DNA from: Pseudomonadota bacterium
GTDB taxonomy: Bacteria > Desulfobacterota > Anaeroferrophillalia > Anaeroferrophillales > Tharpellaceae
Direction of reading: 5' to 3'
Assembly: GCA_015486445.1 (NCBI GenBank)
Contig: WFRT01000177.1
Location: 1-44,037 of the forward strand
DNA length: 44,037 nucleotides
Part shown: positions 1 to 8,120 of the stretch, one piece after another
Position numbering within the stretch: the stretch's first letter is position 1
How the letters are laid out: every line of letters begins with the position of its first letter
The notes under the pieces: model-generated
The model's database searches: none
Seen by the model: only the letters and a program-made list of their open reading frames with translations
What the model was told of the DNA's origin: nothing
Made by a program: the position numbers and the translations under genes

Positions 1-3
1 AAT

Positions 4-1161
4 CTAACTGGCCGGCGGCGTGCGGCAGTAGGGATCGTCCGGGTGGCGGGGCAGGCAGTGGACGTGACCGGGATCGACCCTGACCGCCAGTTCCCGGCCG
101 GGTTCGAGTCCCAGCCCCATGGCCGCCTGCTCCCGGCCGAAAGCAAACGCCAGCAGGCGCACCTTTTCCCTTCCCCCTTCCATCTCCACCAGCAGCGTCG
201 CCCCGGCCTGGGGCAGAAGCCGGCGAATGCGGCAACCGTCAATCCGGTTCTCCCGGCCGCTTCCCGAAATTCCCATTACACCCGAGGTCGCGATTTCCCC
301 GGCCTTTTCCAGCACCAGGAATTCGGGCCGCAGACAGACCCAGACATCATCCTCCGGTTCAGGAACCGAACTTGAAAAAAGCCGCTCCCCGGCAACCTCG
401 ACCAGGGCCCGGCCGGCGCCGTGACGCTCGACAACCCGGCCCGGGAGGATATTGCGGGTGGCGGTGAAATGGGCGATGAAGCGATCCTGGGGGCGGTTGA
501 AAATCTCCTCAGGAAGTCCTTCCTGGACCACCGCGCCCTCTTCCAGCACCAGGATTCGGTCAGCCATGAAGCGGGCCTCGGTGTGGTCGTGGGTGACGTA
601 GAGCATGGTCACGGAAAAACGCTCCTGGATTTTTTTGATCAACAGGGCGAGACGTTCGCGGGTGGCGGCATCGAGGGCCGAAAGGGGCTCGTCGAGAAGC
701 AGGATTTCGGGCCGCAGCACCAGGCAGCGGGCCAGGGCCACGCGCTGCTGCTGGCCCCCGGAAAGCTCGGCCGGAAGGCGGCCAAGCAAATGATCGATGC
801 GCAGCTCCCGGCTTACCGCCTCCAGCCACCGCCGCTGTTCACTGCCCGGCGCCCGCCGGCTGCGGAGCCCGAACAGGATATTTTCCCGCACCCGCAGGTG
901 GGGAAAAAGGGCGTAGTCCTGGAACACCAGCCCCACCGGGCGGGCCTGCGGCGGGCGCCCGCAGAGCGGCTGGCCATCGTAAAAGATCTCGCCCTCGTGC
1001 TCCCCGGCCAGCCCGGCCACCACTTCCAGAAGCTTGCTCTTGCCGGCCCCCGAGTTGCCGAGCACCACCAGCAGTTTGCCTTTTTCCAGCCCCAGGCTGA
1101 TATCCTTGAGAATCTTCCGGCGGTTGATCTCCAGGGTAATCTTTTCCAAGACCAGGCCCAT
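4..1161 (-). CDS. modC: ABC transporter ATP-binding subunit, molybdate/tungstate type (ModC-like) with C-terminal TOBE-like extension
   Basis: 385-aa ORF with Walker [12 protein letters not shown] signature LSGGQQQR, Walker B LLLDEP and H-loop VTHD. A long C-terminal extension follows the ATPase core, as in ModC/CysA-type importers. Lies 6 nt downstream of the modB-like permease. Confidence 0.85.
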   Translation of the reverse strand: MGLVLEKITLEINRRKILKDISLGLEKGKLLVVLGNSGAGKSKLLEVVAGLAGEHEGEIFYDGQPLCGRPPQARPVGLVFQDYALFPHLRVRENILFGLRSRRAPGSEQRRWLEAVSRELRIDHLLGRLPAELSGGQQQRVALARCLVLRPEILLLDEPLSALDAATRERLALLIKKIQERFSVTMLYVTHDHTEARFMADRILVLEEGAVVQEGLPEEIFNRPQDRFIAHFTATRNILPGRVVERHGAGRALVEVAGERLFSSSVPEPEDDVWVCLRPEFLVLEKAGEIATSGVMGISGSGRENRIDGCRIRRLLPQAGATLLVEMEGGREKVRLLAFAFGREQAAMGLGLEPGRELAVRVDPGHVHCLPRHPDDPYCRTPPAS

Positions 1162-1167
1162 ACCCGT

Positions 1168-1938
1168 CTACCTCTCACCCAGCAGGTTGACCAGGAGCAG
1201 GACCAGGAAAGAGAGCAGCACCAGGAGCAGGGAAAGGGCGTCGGCCACCCCGCTCTCTCCGCCCATCGCCTTGACGTAGATCATGATCGGAATCGTCTTG
1301 AGGCGGCCGGCGACCATCATCGTCGCCCCGAACTCACCGATCGCCCGGGCAAACGAGGTGATCGCCCCGGCCACCAGGACGGGCCGGGAAAGGGGCAGGA
1401 GAATCCGGAAAAAGGTCGTGAATTCATCAGCTCCCAGAGAGTTTGCGGCCTTGACCAGCGAATCCGGAACCTGCCGGAAAGCCGAAGCCGAGGCCTGCAT
1501 CATCAACGGGGTGACGACAAAAAACTGGGCCAGGACCAGGGCTGCGCCGGTAAACATGATCTGCAGGCCGAAGCCCCGGTACAAGGGGCCGCCGACCAGG
1601 CCGTAGCGGCCAAAGGCGAGCAGCAGCATGTAGCCGGCGGCCGACGGGGGCAGTACCAGGGGCAGGGAGAAAAAGGTTTTCAGCAAGCGGCCGCCCCGTT
1701 TCCGGCGGAAGGTGAAATGGTAACCCAGGATGATGCCGACCACAACCGCCAGCCCGGTCGCGGCCAGCGCCGTGACCAGGCTGGTAACCACGACGACCAG
1801 GACCTCCCGGTCGACCAGCACGGCAACCCCTCTGCCGGTGGCGAAAGAGTGCAGAAGGGCGGCGAAGGGGGAACCGAAAAAAAGCCCTGCGGCCAGAACC
1901 AGCAGGGTCAGCAGGAGAGGGAACCAGGAAAGCTTCAT
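1168..1938 (-). CDS. modB: ABC transporter permease, ModB/CysTW family
   Basis: The ORF track gives 1168..2085, but the hydrophobic protein begins at MKLSWFPLLL (ATG at 1938), 1 nt after the modA-like stop (1940-1942). Multi-TM protein with EAA-loop-like KAANSLGADEFTTFFRILLP and FARAIGEFGATMMVAG. Confidence 0.85.
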   Translation of the reverse strand: MKLSWFPLLLTLLVLAAGLFFGSPFAALLHSFATGRGVAVLVDREVLVVVVTSLVTALAATGLAVVVGIILGYHFTFRRKRGGRLLKTFFSLPLVLPPSAAGYMLLLAFGRYGLVGGPLYRGFGLQIMFTGAALVLAQFFVVTPLMMQASASAFRQVPDSLVKAANSLGADEFTTFFRILLPLSRPVLVAGAITSFARAIGEFGATMMVAGRLKTIPIMIYVKAMGGESGVADALSLLLVLLSFLVLLLVNLLGER

Positions 1939-1939
1939 G

Positions 1940-2806
1940 TTACCGGGGAACCGCGACCACGAGTTCGTTGCCCATGAAAACCCGGGCCCGGTCGGCCAGC
2001 CCGCGGGCAACCAGGTCGTTGACGTAGCGGGGAGCGGCAGAAAGAAAAAGATCGGCCCCGCAAGAGCCGACCGCCCCCTGGACAAGCTTGCTGTAGAGCC
2101 GGCCGGAACCGGCGAACTCGCAACTCACTTCAACCCCGGTGGCGGACTGGAACTGCCGGGCCAGGACCGGCAGGACGGAATAGAAAACCGCGGCCGCAAA
2201 CACCGTCAGCCGCGAGCCGGGCGGAAAGCTTGCGGCCCCAGGCAGTTTCCCGGCCGCCGTCTCGACCGGTCGGGGCTTGAAGCCGTAGGCTTTCCAGACC
2301 CCGGCGGCGGCCGGGCCGGTCAGCCAGTCGATAAAAACCCCGACGGCCGCCGGTTGCCGGGTCTCCCGCAGCCGGGCCAGGGCGTATTCAGGCACCACGG
2401 CACAGGCCGCGGGCACCGTGACAACCTTAAGTTTTTCCTCGTTGTGCAGGGTATCACTGCGATAGATGAAACCGGCATCTATCTCTTTTTGCAAAAGCTT
2501 GTCGAGCAGGGCCCGGACATGGCTTTCATAGGTAACAATATTCTTCTCGATCGCCGCCGCCGCGGCGGGATCGATCCGTCGATAGCGGGCCAGGATTTTT
2601 TCGGCGTAGCGGCCGGCGGGGCCGAGATCGGGATCAACAATCCCGATGCGCACGCCTTCGGCGGCCAGATCGGAAAACTTTTTTACACTCGGCCGTAAGC
2701 CTTTAACCGCCGGGCGCTCACAGGCCCCAAGTCCTGCGGCCAGCAGCAGAAGCAGCAGCACAACACCCCGCCCCCAAGCTGCCGGTCGGCGGCTGGCAGG
2801 GCTCAT
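1940..2806 (-). CDS. modA: Molybdate-type periplasmic substrate-binding lipoprotein (ModA family), apparently circularly permuted
   Basis: 288-aa ORF with lipoprotein-type signal LLLLLAAGLGAC. The first half matches the C-terminal part of ModA (IGIVDPDLGPAGRYAEKIL; HVRALLDKLLQKEIDAGFIYRSD; WLTGPAAAGVWKAYGF). The last ~95 aa match the N-terminal part (LTVFAAA; FAGSGRLYSKLVQGA..ADLFLSAA; GNELVVAVP). Confidence 0.8.
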   Translation of the reverse strand: MSPASRRPAAWGRGVVLLLLLLAAGLGACERPAVKGLRPSVKKFSDLAAEGVRIGIVDPDLGPAGRYAEKILARYRRIDPAAAAAIEKNIVTYESHVRALLDKLLQKEIDAGFIYRSDTLHNEEKLKVVTVPAACAVVPEYALARLRETRQPAAVGVFIDWLTGPAAAGVWKAYGFKPRPVETAAGKLPGAASFPPGSRLTVFAAAVFYSVLPVLARQFQSATGVEVSCEFAGSGRLYSKLVQGAVGSCGADLFLSAAPRYVNDLVARGLADRARVFMGNELVVAVPR

Positions 2807-3171
2807 TTTCCACCGGCCGCCTGGATTCCGGCCGCGGCCCCCCCCTTGGCCGGACTCTTTTTGTTTTTCGCCTTGCGGCCGCTGGCCGCAGCCTTGGCCG
2901 GAGGTGTAACCGGGGTTGCCGCCGCGGCCGCTTTTGCCTTGAGCTTGCCGCCGCGCAGCAGGCTGACGGCATCATCCCGGTTCCGGGCCAAATAGAAAGA
3001 GAGTTCCTCGAGCTGGTCGACACTCATGTCGACCCGGGCCGCCTCCAGGAAAGCATACAGATGATCGGCAATGTCGAGGAGCCGGTCATAGGCATCGGCC
3101 TCTTTCTTGGAGGTAAAGGTCATTTTCTGCTCTCCATTCCTGACCACGATATACTGTACGATAACGGCCAT
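2803..3171 (-). CDS. yebG: YebG-like protein (DNA damage-inducible YebG family) with Ala/Lys/Pro-rich histone-H1-like C-terminal tail
   Basis: The ORF track (2803..3213) starts at a GTG. An internal ATG at 3171 gives MAVIVQYIVVRNGEQKMTFTSKKEADAYDRLLDIADHL. This closely parallels the N-terminus of E. coli YebG as I recall it (MAVEVKYVVIREGEEKMSFTSKKEADAYDKMLD). The stop overlaps the modA start (ATGA at 2803-2806). Confidence 0.75.
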   Translation of the reverse strand: MAVIVQYIVVRNGEQKMTFTSKKEADAYDRLLDIADHLYAFLEAARVDMSVDQLEELSFYLARNRDDAVSLLRGGKLKAKAAAAATPVTPPAKAAASGRKAKNKKSPAKGGAAAGIQAAGGK

Positions 3172-3367
3172 ATCCTGTCTCCACGCTGACGGCTGAATTG
3201 CATTGATCGACACCCACCGGGCTCGGGCCGCGGTGCAAACTGTAAAATTGTCTTTCCGGCTGTGATGGCAGCCTGAATCCTTCTATGCAGTAGCAAAATT
3301 CAGCCATTATGTAAAGCGTGATAAAGCGGGACCAGCCCCGGGCCGCGGCCCGGCCGCAAAGGGGTGG

Positions 3368-3412
3368 AAAATAAAAAAAGCCGGGTCTCGGCAAGCACTC
3401 CGAAACCCGGCT
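3368..3412 (-). terminator. Rho-independent terminator downstream of the AsmA-family gene
   Basis: On the minus strand: stem AGCCGGGT (3412-3405) / ACCCGGCT (3386-3379) with an 18-nt loop, followed by TTTTTTTATTTT. Confidence 0.7.
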
Positions 3413-3434
3413 TCCGGCAGCTGAGGTTTCCGCC

Positions 3435-5213
3435 CTACTCCTTGCCGGACCCTTTGTAAAGTCGTTTCAGCAACTGTTGTTCCACCTTCTTCTGCACGGT
3501 CTTGCCAAGTTGCTGCGGGAGTTTACCGCGGTCGAGACGGATATTGGGCTGCTCAATGCTGCCGTTCAGGTAAAGATTAAGGGTGGCTTCGCCCTGTTCA
3601 TTCAGGCTCCCTTCAAGCCAGGCATATTTGTGGACCAGTCGGGAACTCAAATCCCGGTTGAAAACCAGGCTGACCGGCAAATCGAGGCGGCCGTCGAGGC
3701 CCACCGTGCCGACCGCCCGGCCCTTGAGCAGGCGACCCGACCAGCGGTTGTTGAGATGCAATAACCCCTTGATCAGCTTGAGGTCGCCGTCGAGCCGGTC
3801 GATAGCCAGGTCGTTGAGTTCCGGCAGCCCCAGGGTAACGGCCAGTTCCCGGGCCAGGGGCGTACTCTTGAGTTCGACCTCTTCCAGGCCGTAGTCGCCC
3901 ACCAGGGTAAGAGTTTTTTTCAGGGCCGCGGGAGTCTTGCCCCGCCCACCGAATTTGAAAGCGCCATGGAGCCGGCCGTCAAGCTGCCGGGGAGAGTCCG
4001 GGGCCGCCATTTTCAACAGGGCCGCGGCCCCCAGGTCGGCAAAAGAAAAATTGCCGGAAAAATCAAGTTCCGCCGGAAACGAGTCAAACTCGCTGTTGCC
4101 GGAAAAGTGTCCGCCGGCAATCTCGCCTTCAAGCCCGGATATTTTCAGCTTCTGATTACGGTAATCATAATGTAAGGCAAAATTATTGACCTGCCAGTTT
4201 TCATAAACGGCCTCCCCGATCCGCACCTGGCCGCCGGCCACCATGGCCGGTGGGGAAGAACTTTTCCGAGAGTCCGATTTTCCGGCGGCCGGCCGCCCGG
4301 CCGTCCGGTCTTTTTCCGCGCCGCCGAGTTGCTCGGCAAGACCGGCCAGGTAGGCCAGGTCGAGCCGTGGTGAATCAAGGTTGAGCACCAGGCTCGGCAA
4401 CTTCGACAGGTAGTCGCTGAGGCTGCCGCTTAAAGTGCACTGCTGGTCCTTGAGGCGGGCCTCCACCCGGTATTCCACCTGCCTGGGGTCGAGCTTTATT
4501 TTCCCCTGCGCCCGGGGCGCAAGGCCCCGGTAAAGGGCATTGAGGACGAAATCGAGCTGACCGGAACCGTTGAAATCTTTCGGCGCAAACCCTTTGCTGA
4601 AATCAAAGCGGCCGTTGAAATCAGCCGTTAAATCAAAATCCGGCAACTCCTTAAGGGCATCCTTGAAAATCAGCCTGACATCGGCAAGCCGGCAGTGCTT
4701 GAGAATGATGTCAAGCGGCAAACCGGAGGCCGCTGGGGCCGGGGTTGAAGAGCCGATCCCGGCACTGCTGACCGCCGGCAGAGTCGCTCCCTGGCGGTTT
4801 TCCGCCGGAGTCCGGGAATGCAGAAATTTCAAGCTCTGGTAGTTGAAAGCCCCCTGGCGGTTGCGATAGACCTTGACGGTAAGTCCGGAGATGCTAAGCT
4901 TTGAAATCTCCAGACGCTTCTGCAGCAACGGCATCAGGCTGTAGCCCAGGCCCAGCTTTTCCACCGTCAGAAAATTGGTTTTGCCGTCGGCCTCCTTCAC
5001 CACCAGGCCGGATAGTTCAATCCCGCGGATCAAATCTATGCTGCAGGACCCGAAATCGACCTGGCGGCCCAGGGCTTCGCGAACCGGCGGTAAAAGCAGG
5101 CTGCGCAGGCGCTCGTTGCTGAAATAGAATTTCAGCACCAGACTGCCGACCACGACCACGACCAGCAGGAGCACCACGGCCGCCAGCAGCAATTTAAACA
5201 ACCTTTTCATCAC
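3435..5213 (-). CDS. AsmA-family outer-membrane biogenesis protein
   Basis: 592-aa ORF with N-terminal membrane anchor KLLLAAVVLLLVVVVVGSLVL, then a long beta-rich periplasmic region. The family call rests on overall architecture and pattern, not on one diagnostic motif. Confidence 0.6.
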   Translation of the reverse strand: MMKRLFKLLLAAVVLLLVVVVVGSLVLKFYFSNERLRSLLLPPVREALGRQVDFGSCSIDLIRGIELSGLVVKEADGKTNFLTVEKLGLGYSLMPLLQKRLEISKLSISGLTVKVYRNRQGAFNYQSLKFLHSRTPAENRQGATLPAVSSAGIGSSTPAPAASGLPLDIILKHCRLADVRLIFKDALKELPDFDLTADFNGRFDFSKGFAPKDFNGSGQLDFVLNALYRGLAPRAQGKIKLDPRQVEYRVEARLKDQQCTLSGSLSDYLSKLPSLVLNLDSPRLDLAYLAGLAEQLGGAEKDRTAGRPAAGKSDSRKSSSPPAMVAGGQVRIGEAVYENWQVNNFALHYDYRNQKLKISGLEGEIAGGHFSGNSEFDSFPAELDFSGNFSFADLGAAALLKMAAPDSPRQLDGRLHGAFKFGGRGKTPAALKKTLTLVGDYGLEEVELKSTPLARELAVTLGLPELNDLAIDRLDGDLKLIKGLLHLNNRWSGRLLKGRAVGTVGLDGRLDLPVSLVFNRDLSSRLVHKYAWLEGSLNEQGEATLNLYLNGSIEQPNIRLDRGKLPQQLGKTVQKKVEQQLLKRLYKGSGKE

Positions 5214-5364
5214 TTCACTCCTTCTCGTTGCCCCGAAACATCACCAGGATAACTTTTTTTGTCAGTTTTTCCGGGCAAACCAAAACTCGGAAACCCGGAC
5301 TCAGGGCACGGCAAATTCACGAATCCGCCAACAATCCGCGCAACACCGGTTATTTTTTCATTTT

Positions 5365-5604
5365 GTAACTATTCAGCCGAATACACGGGGTCGGGCGCGG
5401 CTTTTCTTCGCTAAGCGTTAAGATTTCTGTTTTTCCAGCGCTCGCTCCGCCCGCATTGCAAAACTCGCTTGCGCTCAGACAGTTGCAATGCTTAAGGGCT
5501 CCAACTCGCTGGGAAAAACAACGAAATCTTTCCGAAATCGCTCAGAAAAACCACCCCCCGCCCCCTCCTGAAAGAAGGGAGATAGAATTTAGCTGAATAG
5601 TTAC
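5365..5604 (+). mobile_element. Foldback MITE-like intergenic repeat, full copy A (~240 bp)
   Basis: Terminal inverted repeats GTAACTATTCAGC (5365-) and GCTGAATAGTTAC (-5604). The left and right ~110-bp arms are imperfect reverse complements. Central hairpin GCATTGCAA(5453-5461)/TTGCAATGC(5483-5491). No ORF. Near-identical copy at 19538-19777. Confidence 0.8.
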
Positions 5605-5605
5605 T

Positions 5606-5800
5606 TTATTTTTTGGCCGGCTCGGAAAGCAGGACGCCGCCCTTGCTGATATTATCCCGCTCTTCTTCGTCGATAAAGATCAGGATGTTTTCCCGGGGCT
5701 TGCCGGAAACCCGGGAAATCACGTCGGTAACCCCGGCGCAGATATCGGCTTTCTGATCACGACTGAGCTTTCCGGCAACCCGGATATTGACATACGGCAT
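5606..5800 (-). CDS. 4-oxalocrotonate tautomerase family protein
   Basis: 64-aa ORF beginning MPYVNIRV (Pro-1 after Met removal). Its size and beta-alpha-beta-type pattern fit the tautomerase superfamily. Confidence 0.65.
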   Translation of the reverse strand: MPYVNIRVAGKLSRDQKADICAGVTDVISRVSGKPRENILIFIDEEERDNISKGGVLLSEPAKK

Positions 5801-6067
5801 GGAGCAACCTCGATTCTAAAAGGTTCATTCAGGGCGGGCAGATAAAAACACCCGCAACTACACTCAAAGTAAAACATTCCCCGGTTTTTGTCAACTTGCC
5901 GCCGCCCCTTAAAGCCCCGACAGCGGCCCCATTAAAACGGTTGCAAGGAACCGAAAAAGCAAGTAAATATAGCGATGATTGCAGTATTTGACGGTTTGCC
6001 GGCGTCATCCCGCCCGGCCGAGACCCAGCTCCCAACCCGCCATTGAAACCGGCCGCGAAAGCAATTC

Positions 6068-8107
6068 ATGAGACAACTCCTGCCCACTTCCGAAAGCATC
6101 AATGATCTCCTGGCCGAGAACTGGGAACTGCGCTGGAGGGTCTTTGAGGTCTTTTACCGCACCCGGCTTATCCTGTATGACTTTTCCCGCTCCTCACAGG
6201 AGTACCGGCAGGCCCGGGAACTCTGCCGGGAGCTGGCCGGCCGGCTCAATGGCCCGAGCGACGTCAACCTGCACCTGGTTCTGAACGCGGCCTGGTTCCT
6301 GGGGGGCAGCCATTTCCTGCTGCTGGTCCTGGAAAAGATCGGAGTGGACGACCCGGAAACGGGCGATGCGGAAACCCTGCGCTGTAAAAAACCACTCAAC
6401 GCCAACCAGCCCGACGCCTCTTTTTACGACTATTTCCACTCCCTGCTGCGACGCGGCAAGGCCCTGGACGCCACGGCCGAAACCGCCATCCGGATTTTTC
6501 CTCCTGAACACGGATTGAACCTGGTCTGCGCCATCCCCGAATCTGAATCACGCTGCTCCGCCATCAGGCTGCTGCGGCATCATTACCCGGGGGTGTTTTT
6601 CAACCAGCTGCTGCTGCAGGAAGAACCGGAACGACTGGAAAAATTCCCGGAACTGGTGGAATTCATCTCTCCCCCTGTGCCGGCGGGGGAAGAAGAACGG
6701 CTGAAAAACCTCATCACCCCCCTGCTTGAAGCGCACGACTTGAGACTGGACCTGGCCCTGCAGGCAACAGCCCGGCTGGAACTCAGATCTTTAGCGAAGC
6801 AACTCGACAAACTTCCCGACGACCTTTTAACCCTCGCCACGAAAGCCCGCCTCGGGGACCGGGAAAGCTGCCGCAAACTGCTCAAAAGCGCGACTTCATG
6901 GCGGCGCGGCAAAAGGACGCAAGCCCTTTCCCGGCTCGGAGCCTGCCGGCGACAGCCGGAAGTTTTCGAACTCTTGCAAGAGCGCCTGCGCAAGGGCAGC
7001 CAGGAAGAGAGGCGCATCGTTCTCGACACCCTGGCCGACGAACCCGACCGACAGGTCCTGGGCCTTTTGCTGGAGCGCCTGGAACAGAGCTGGGACCACG
7101 ATGAAAGCCGGCTTCTGCTCAGGACCATATCCGCCCATCCCTGGCCCGACCTGCCCGTAAACGAGGCCCGGGAAATTGCCGACCGGCTGGCCGAACTGGC
7201 GGACAGCATCGAACTCTATCCCGAGCTCACGGCGGCGGCGGCCCGGTTTCCCTGCAGTGAAAAATGGAAAGAGTTCCTGCTGAGCCGGGTCAAATCCCCG
7301 ATTCTCAAGCCGCACTACCGGGAAATCGCCCTTTTCATGACCCGCTTTGCCGACCAGGAAGCCATCCGCCGCCACCTGAGCAAACTGCTGCTGGATGTCG
7401 ACTGGTCCTTCTCCTACCGCCTGCTCAGCCTGCTGGCGCCGGTTTTTACCAGCGCCGACGTCCCCCTCCTCCTGGGCCTGCTGAAAGACCGCGAAGAGCA
7501 CCGGGAACTGACCATCAAAGAGCGCCTGACCCGGGGACGGGACCTGGAACAACTGCCCGAGGCCCTGGCGGAATTTTTCCAGCAGCAGCCGTCAATCGCC
7601 CGGCAGGTTGTCGAAAAACTGCTCACCGGGGTGGTTACCGGAGCCTTCAACACCCCGGAAAAACTGTTTGCCGAACTGCGGCGGGAACCGGCCGAACTCG
7701 CCGAACTGCTGCTGGGATCGGCCGGGGAAAACCAGACCGCGGAAACCGTCAGCCTGCCCCGCCTGCTGGTCTGGCACCTGCTCTCGGCAATCAAGGTTGA
7801 CGGCAGCGATTGTTTTGCGCTAGTAGTACATCGAACCCGGCGTTACGACGGCTATTTCCGGCACCGGATCAGCGCCGTCCTCAATCGCCTGCTGGAACAG
7901 GAAAACGAATTGCAGGATCCCGGCAACCTGCCGATCCTGCGCCTGATCATCGACTTTATCCGGGGCCGTTCCGAATTTGACGAGTTGCGCCGGAAACTGC
8001 TTGACCGGGTTGCACTGGTCACTCGGCGCTGCCGTGAACTGAAGGTTTTCAGCGAAGCCTCTCAAACCCGGGACCTGATGGTTTTCAAGATCAGGAAACT
8101 GGGATAG
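6068..8107 (+). CDS. Hypothetical 679-aa Leu/Arg/Glu-rich helical-repeat (HEAT/ARM-like) protein
   Basis: ATG at 6068. No signal peptide or TM segment and no catalytic motif recognised. Segments such as ERRIVLDTLADEPDRQVLGLLLERLEQ and RLGDRESCRKLLKSATSW look like HEAT-like helical hairpins. The stop lies 13 nt before the next gene. Confidence 0.5.
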   Translation: MRQLLPTSESINDLLAENWELRWRVFEVFYRTRLILYDFSRSSQEYRQARELCRELAGRLNGPSDVNLHLVLNAAWFLGGSHFLLLVLEKIGVDDPETGDAETLRCKKPLNANQPDASFYDYFHSLLRRGKALDATAETAIRIFPPEHGLNLVCAIPESESRCSAIRLLRHHYPGVFFNQLLLQEEPERLEKFPELVEFISPPVPAGEEERLKNLITPLLEAHDLRLDLALQATARLELRSLAKQLDKLPDDLLTLATKARLGDRESCRKLLKSATSWRRGKRTQALSRLGACRRQPEVFELLQERLRKGSQEERRIVLDTLADEPDRQVLGLLLERLEQSWDHDESRLLLRTISAHPWPDLPVNEAREIADRLAELADSIELYPELTAAAARFPCSEKWKEFLLSRVKSPILKPHYREIALFMTRFADQEAIRRHLSKLLLDVDWSFSYRLLSLLAPVFTSADVPLLLGLLKDREEHRELTIKERLTRGRDLEQLPEALAEFFQQQPSIARQVVEKLLTGVVTGAFNTPEKLFAELRREPAELAELLLGSAGENQTAETVSLPRLLVWHLLSAIKVDGSDCFALVVHRTRRYDGYFRHRISAVLNRLLEQENELQDPGNLPILRLIIDFIRGRSEFDELRRKLLDRVALVTRRCRELKVFSEASQTRDLMVFKIRKLG

Positions 8108-8120
8108 GCTTGAGTCTCTC

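Noticed and set aside
85-125. tRNA-like T-arm sequence GGGTTCGAGTCCCAG
   Set aside because: It lies inside (antisense to) the well-supported modC CDS. The putative T-stem has a mismatch, and no acceptor or anticodon arms could be built around it, so it is a chance match.
421-1977. 518-aa plus-strand ORF overlapping modC/modB
   Set aside because: It is antisense to two genes with clear ABC-transporter motifs. Its translation is low-complexity (Gly/Arg/Pro/Gln-rich) with no motif. Such ORFs are typical open-frame artefacts of GC-rich DNA.
3172-3367. Moco riboswitch or LexA box upstream of yebG-modABC
   Set aside because: I looked for the conserved Moco-motif elements, for CTGT-N8-ACAG and for GGTT-N10-ACC-type SOS boxes. 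Only partial, non-palindromic resemblances were found (e.g. CTGTAAAATTGTC). An Infernal scan would be decisive.
5829-6035. 68-aa minus-strand ORF between the tautomerase gene and the six-gene operon
   Set aside because: It has no SD and an odd composition, and it lies in what is most likely the divergent promoter region. There is no support for coding.
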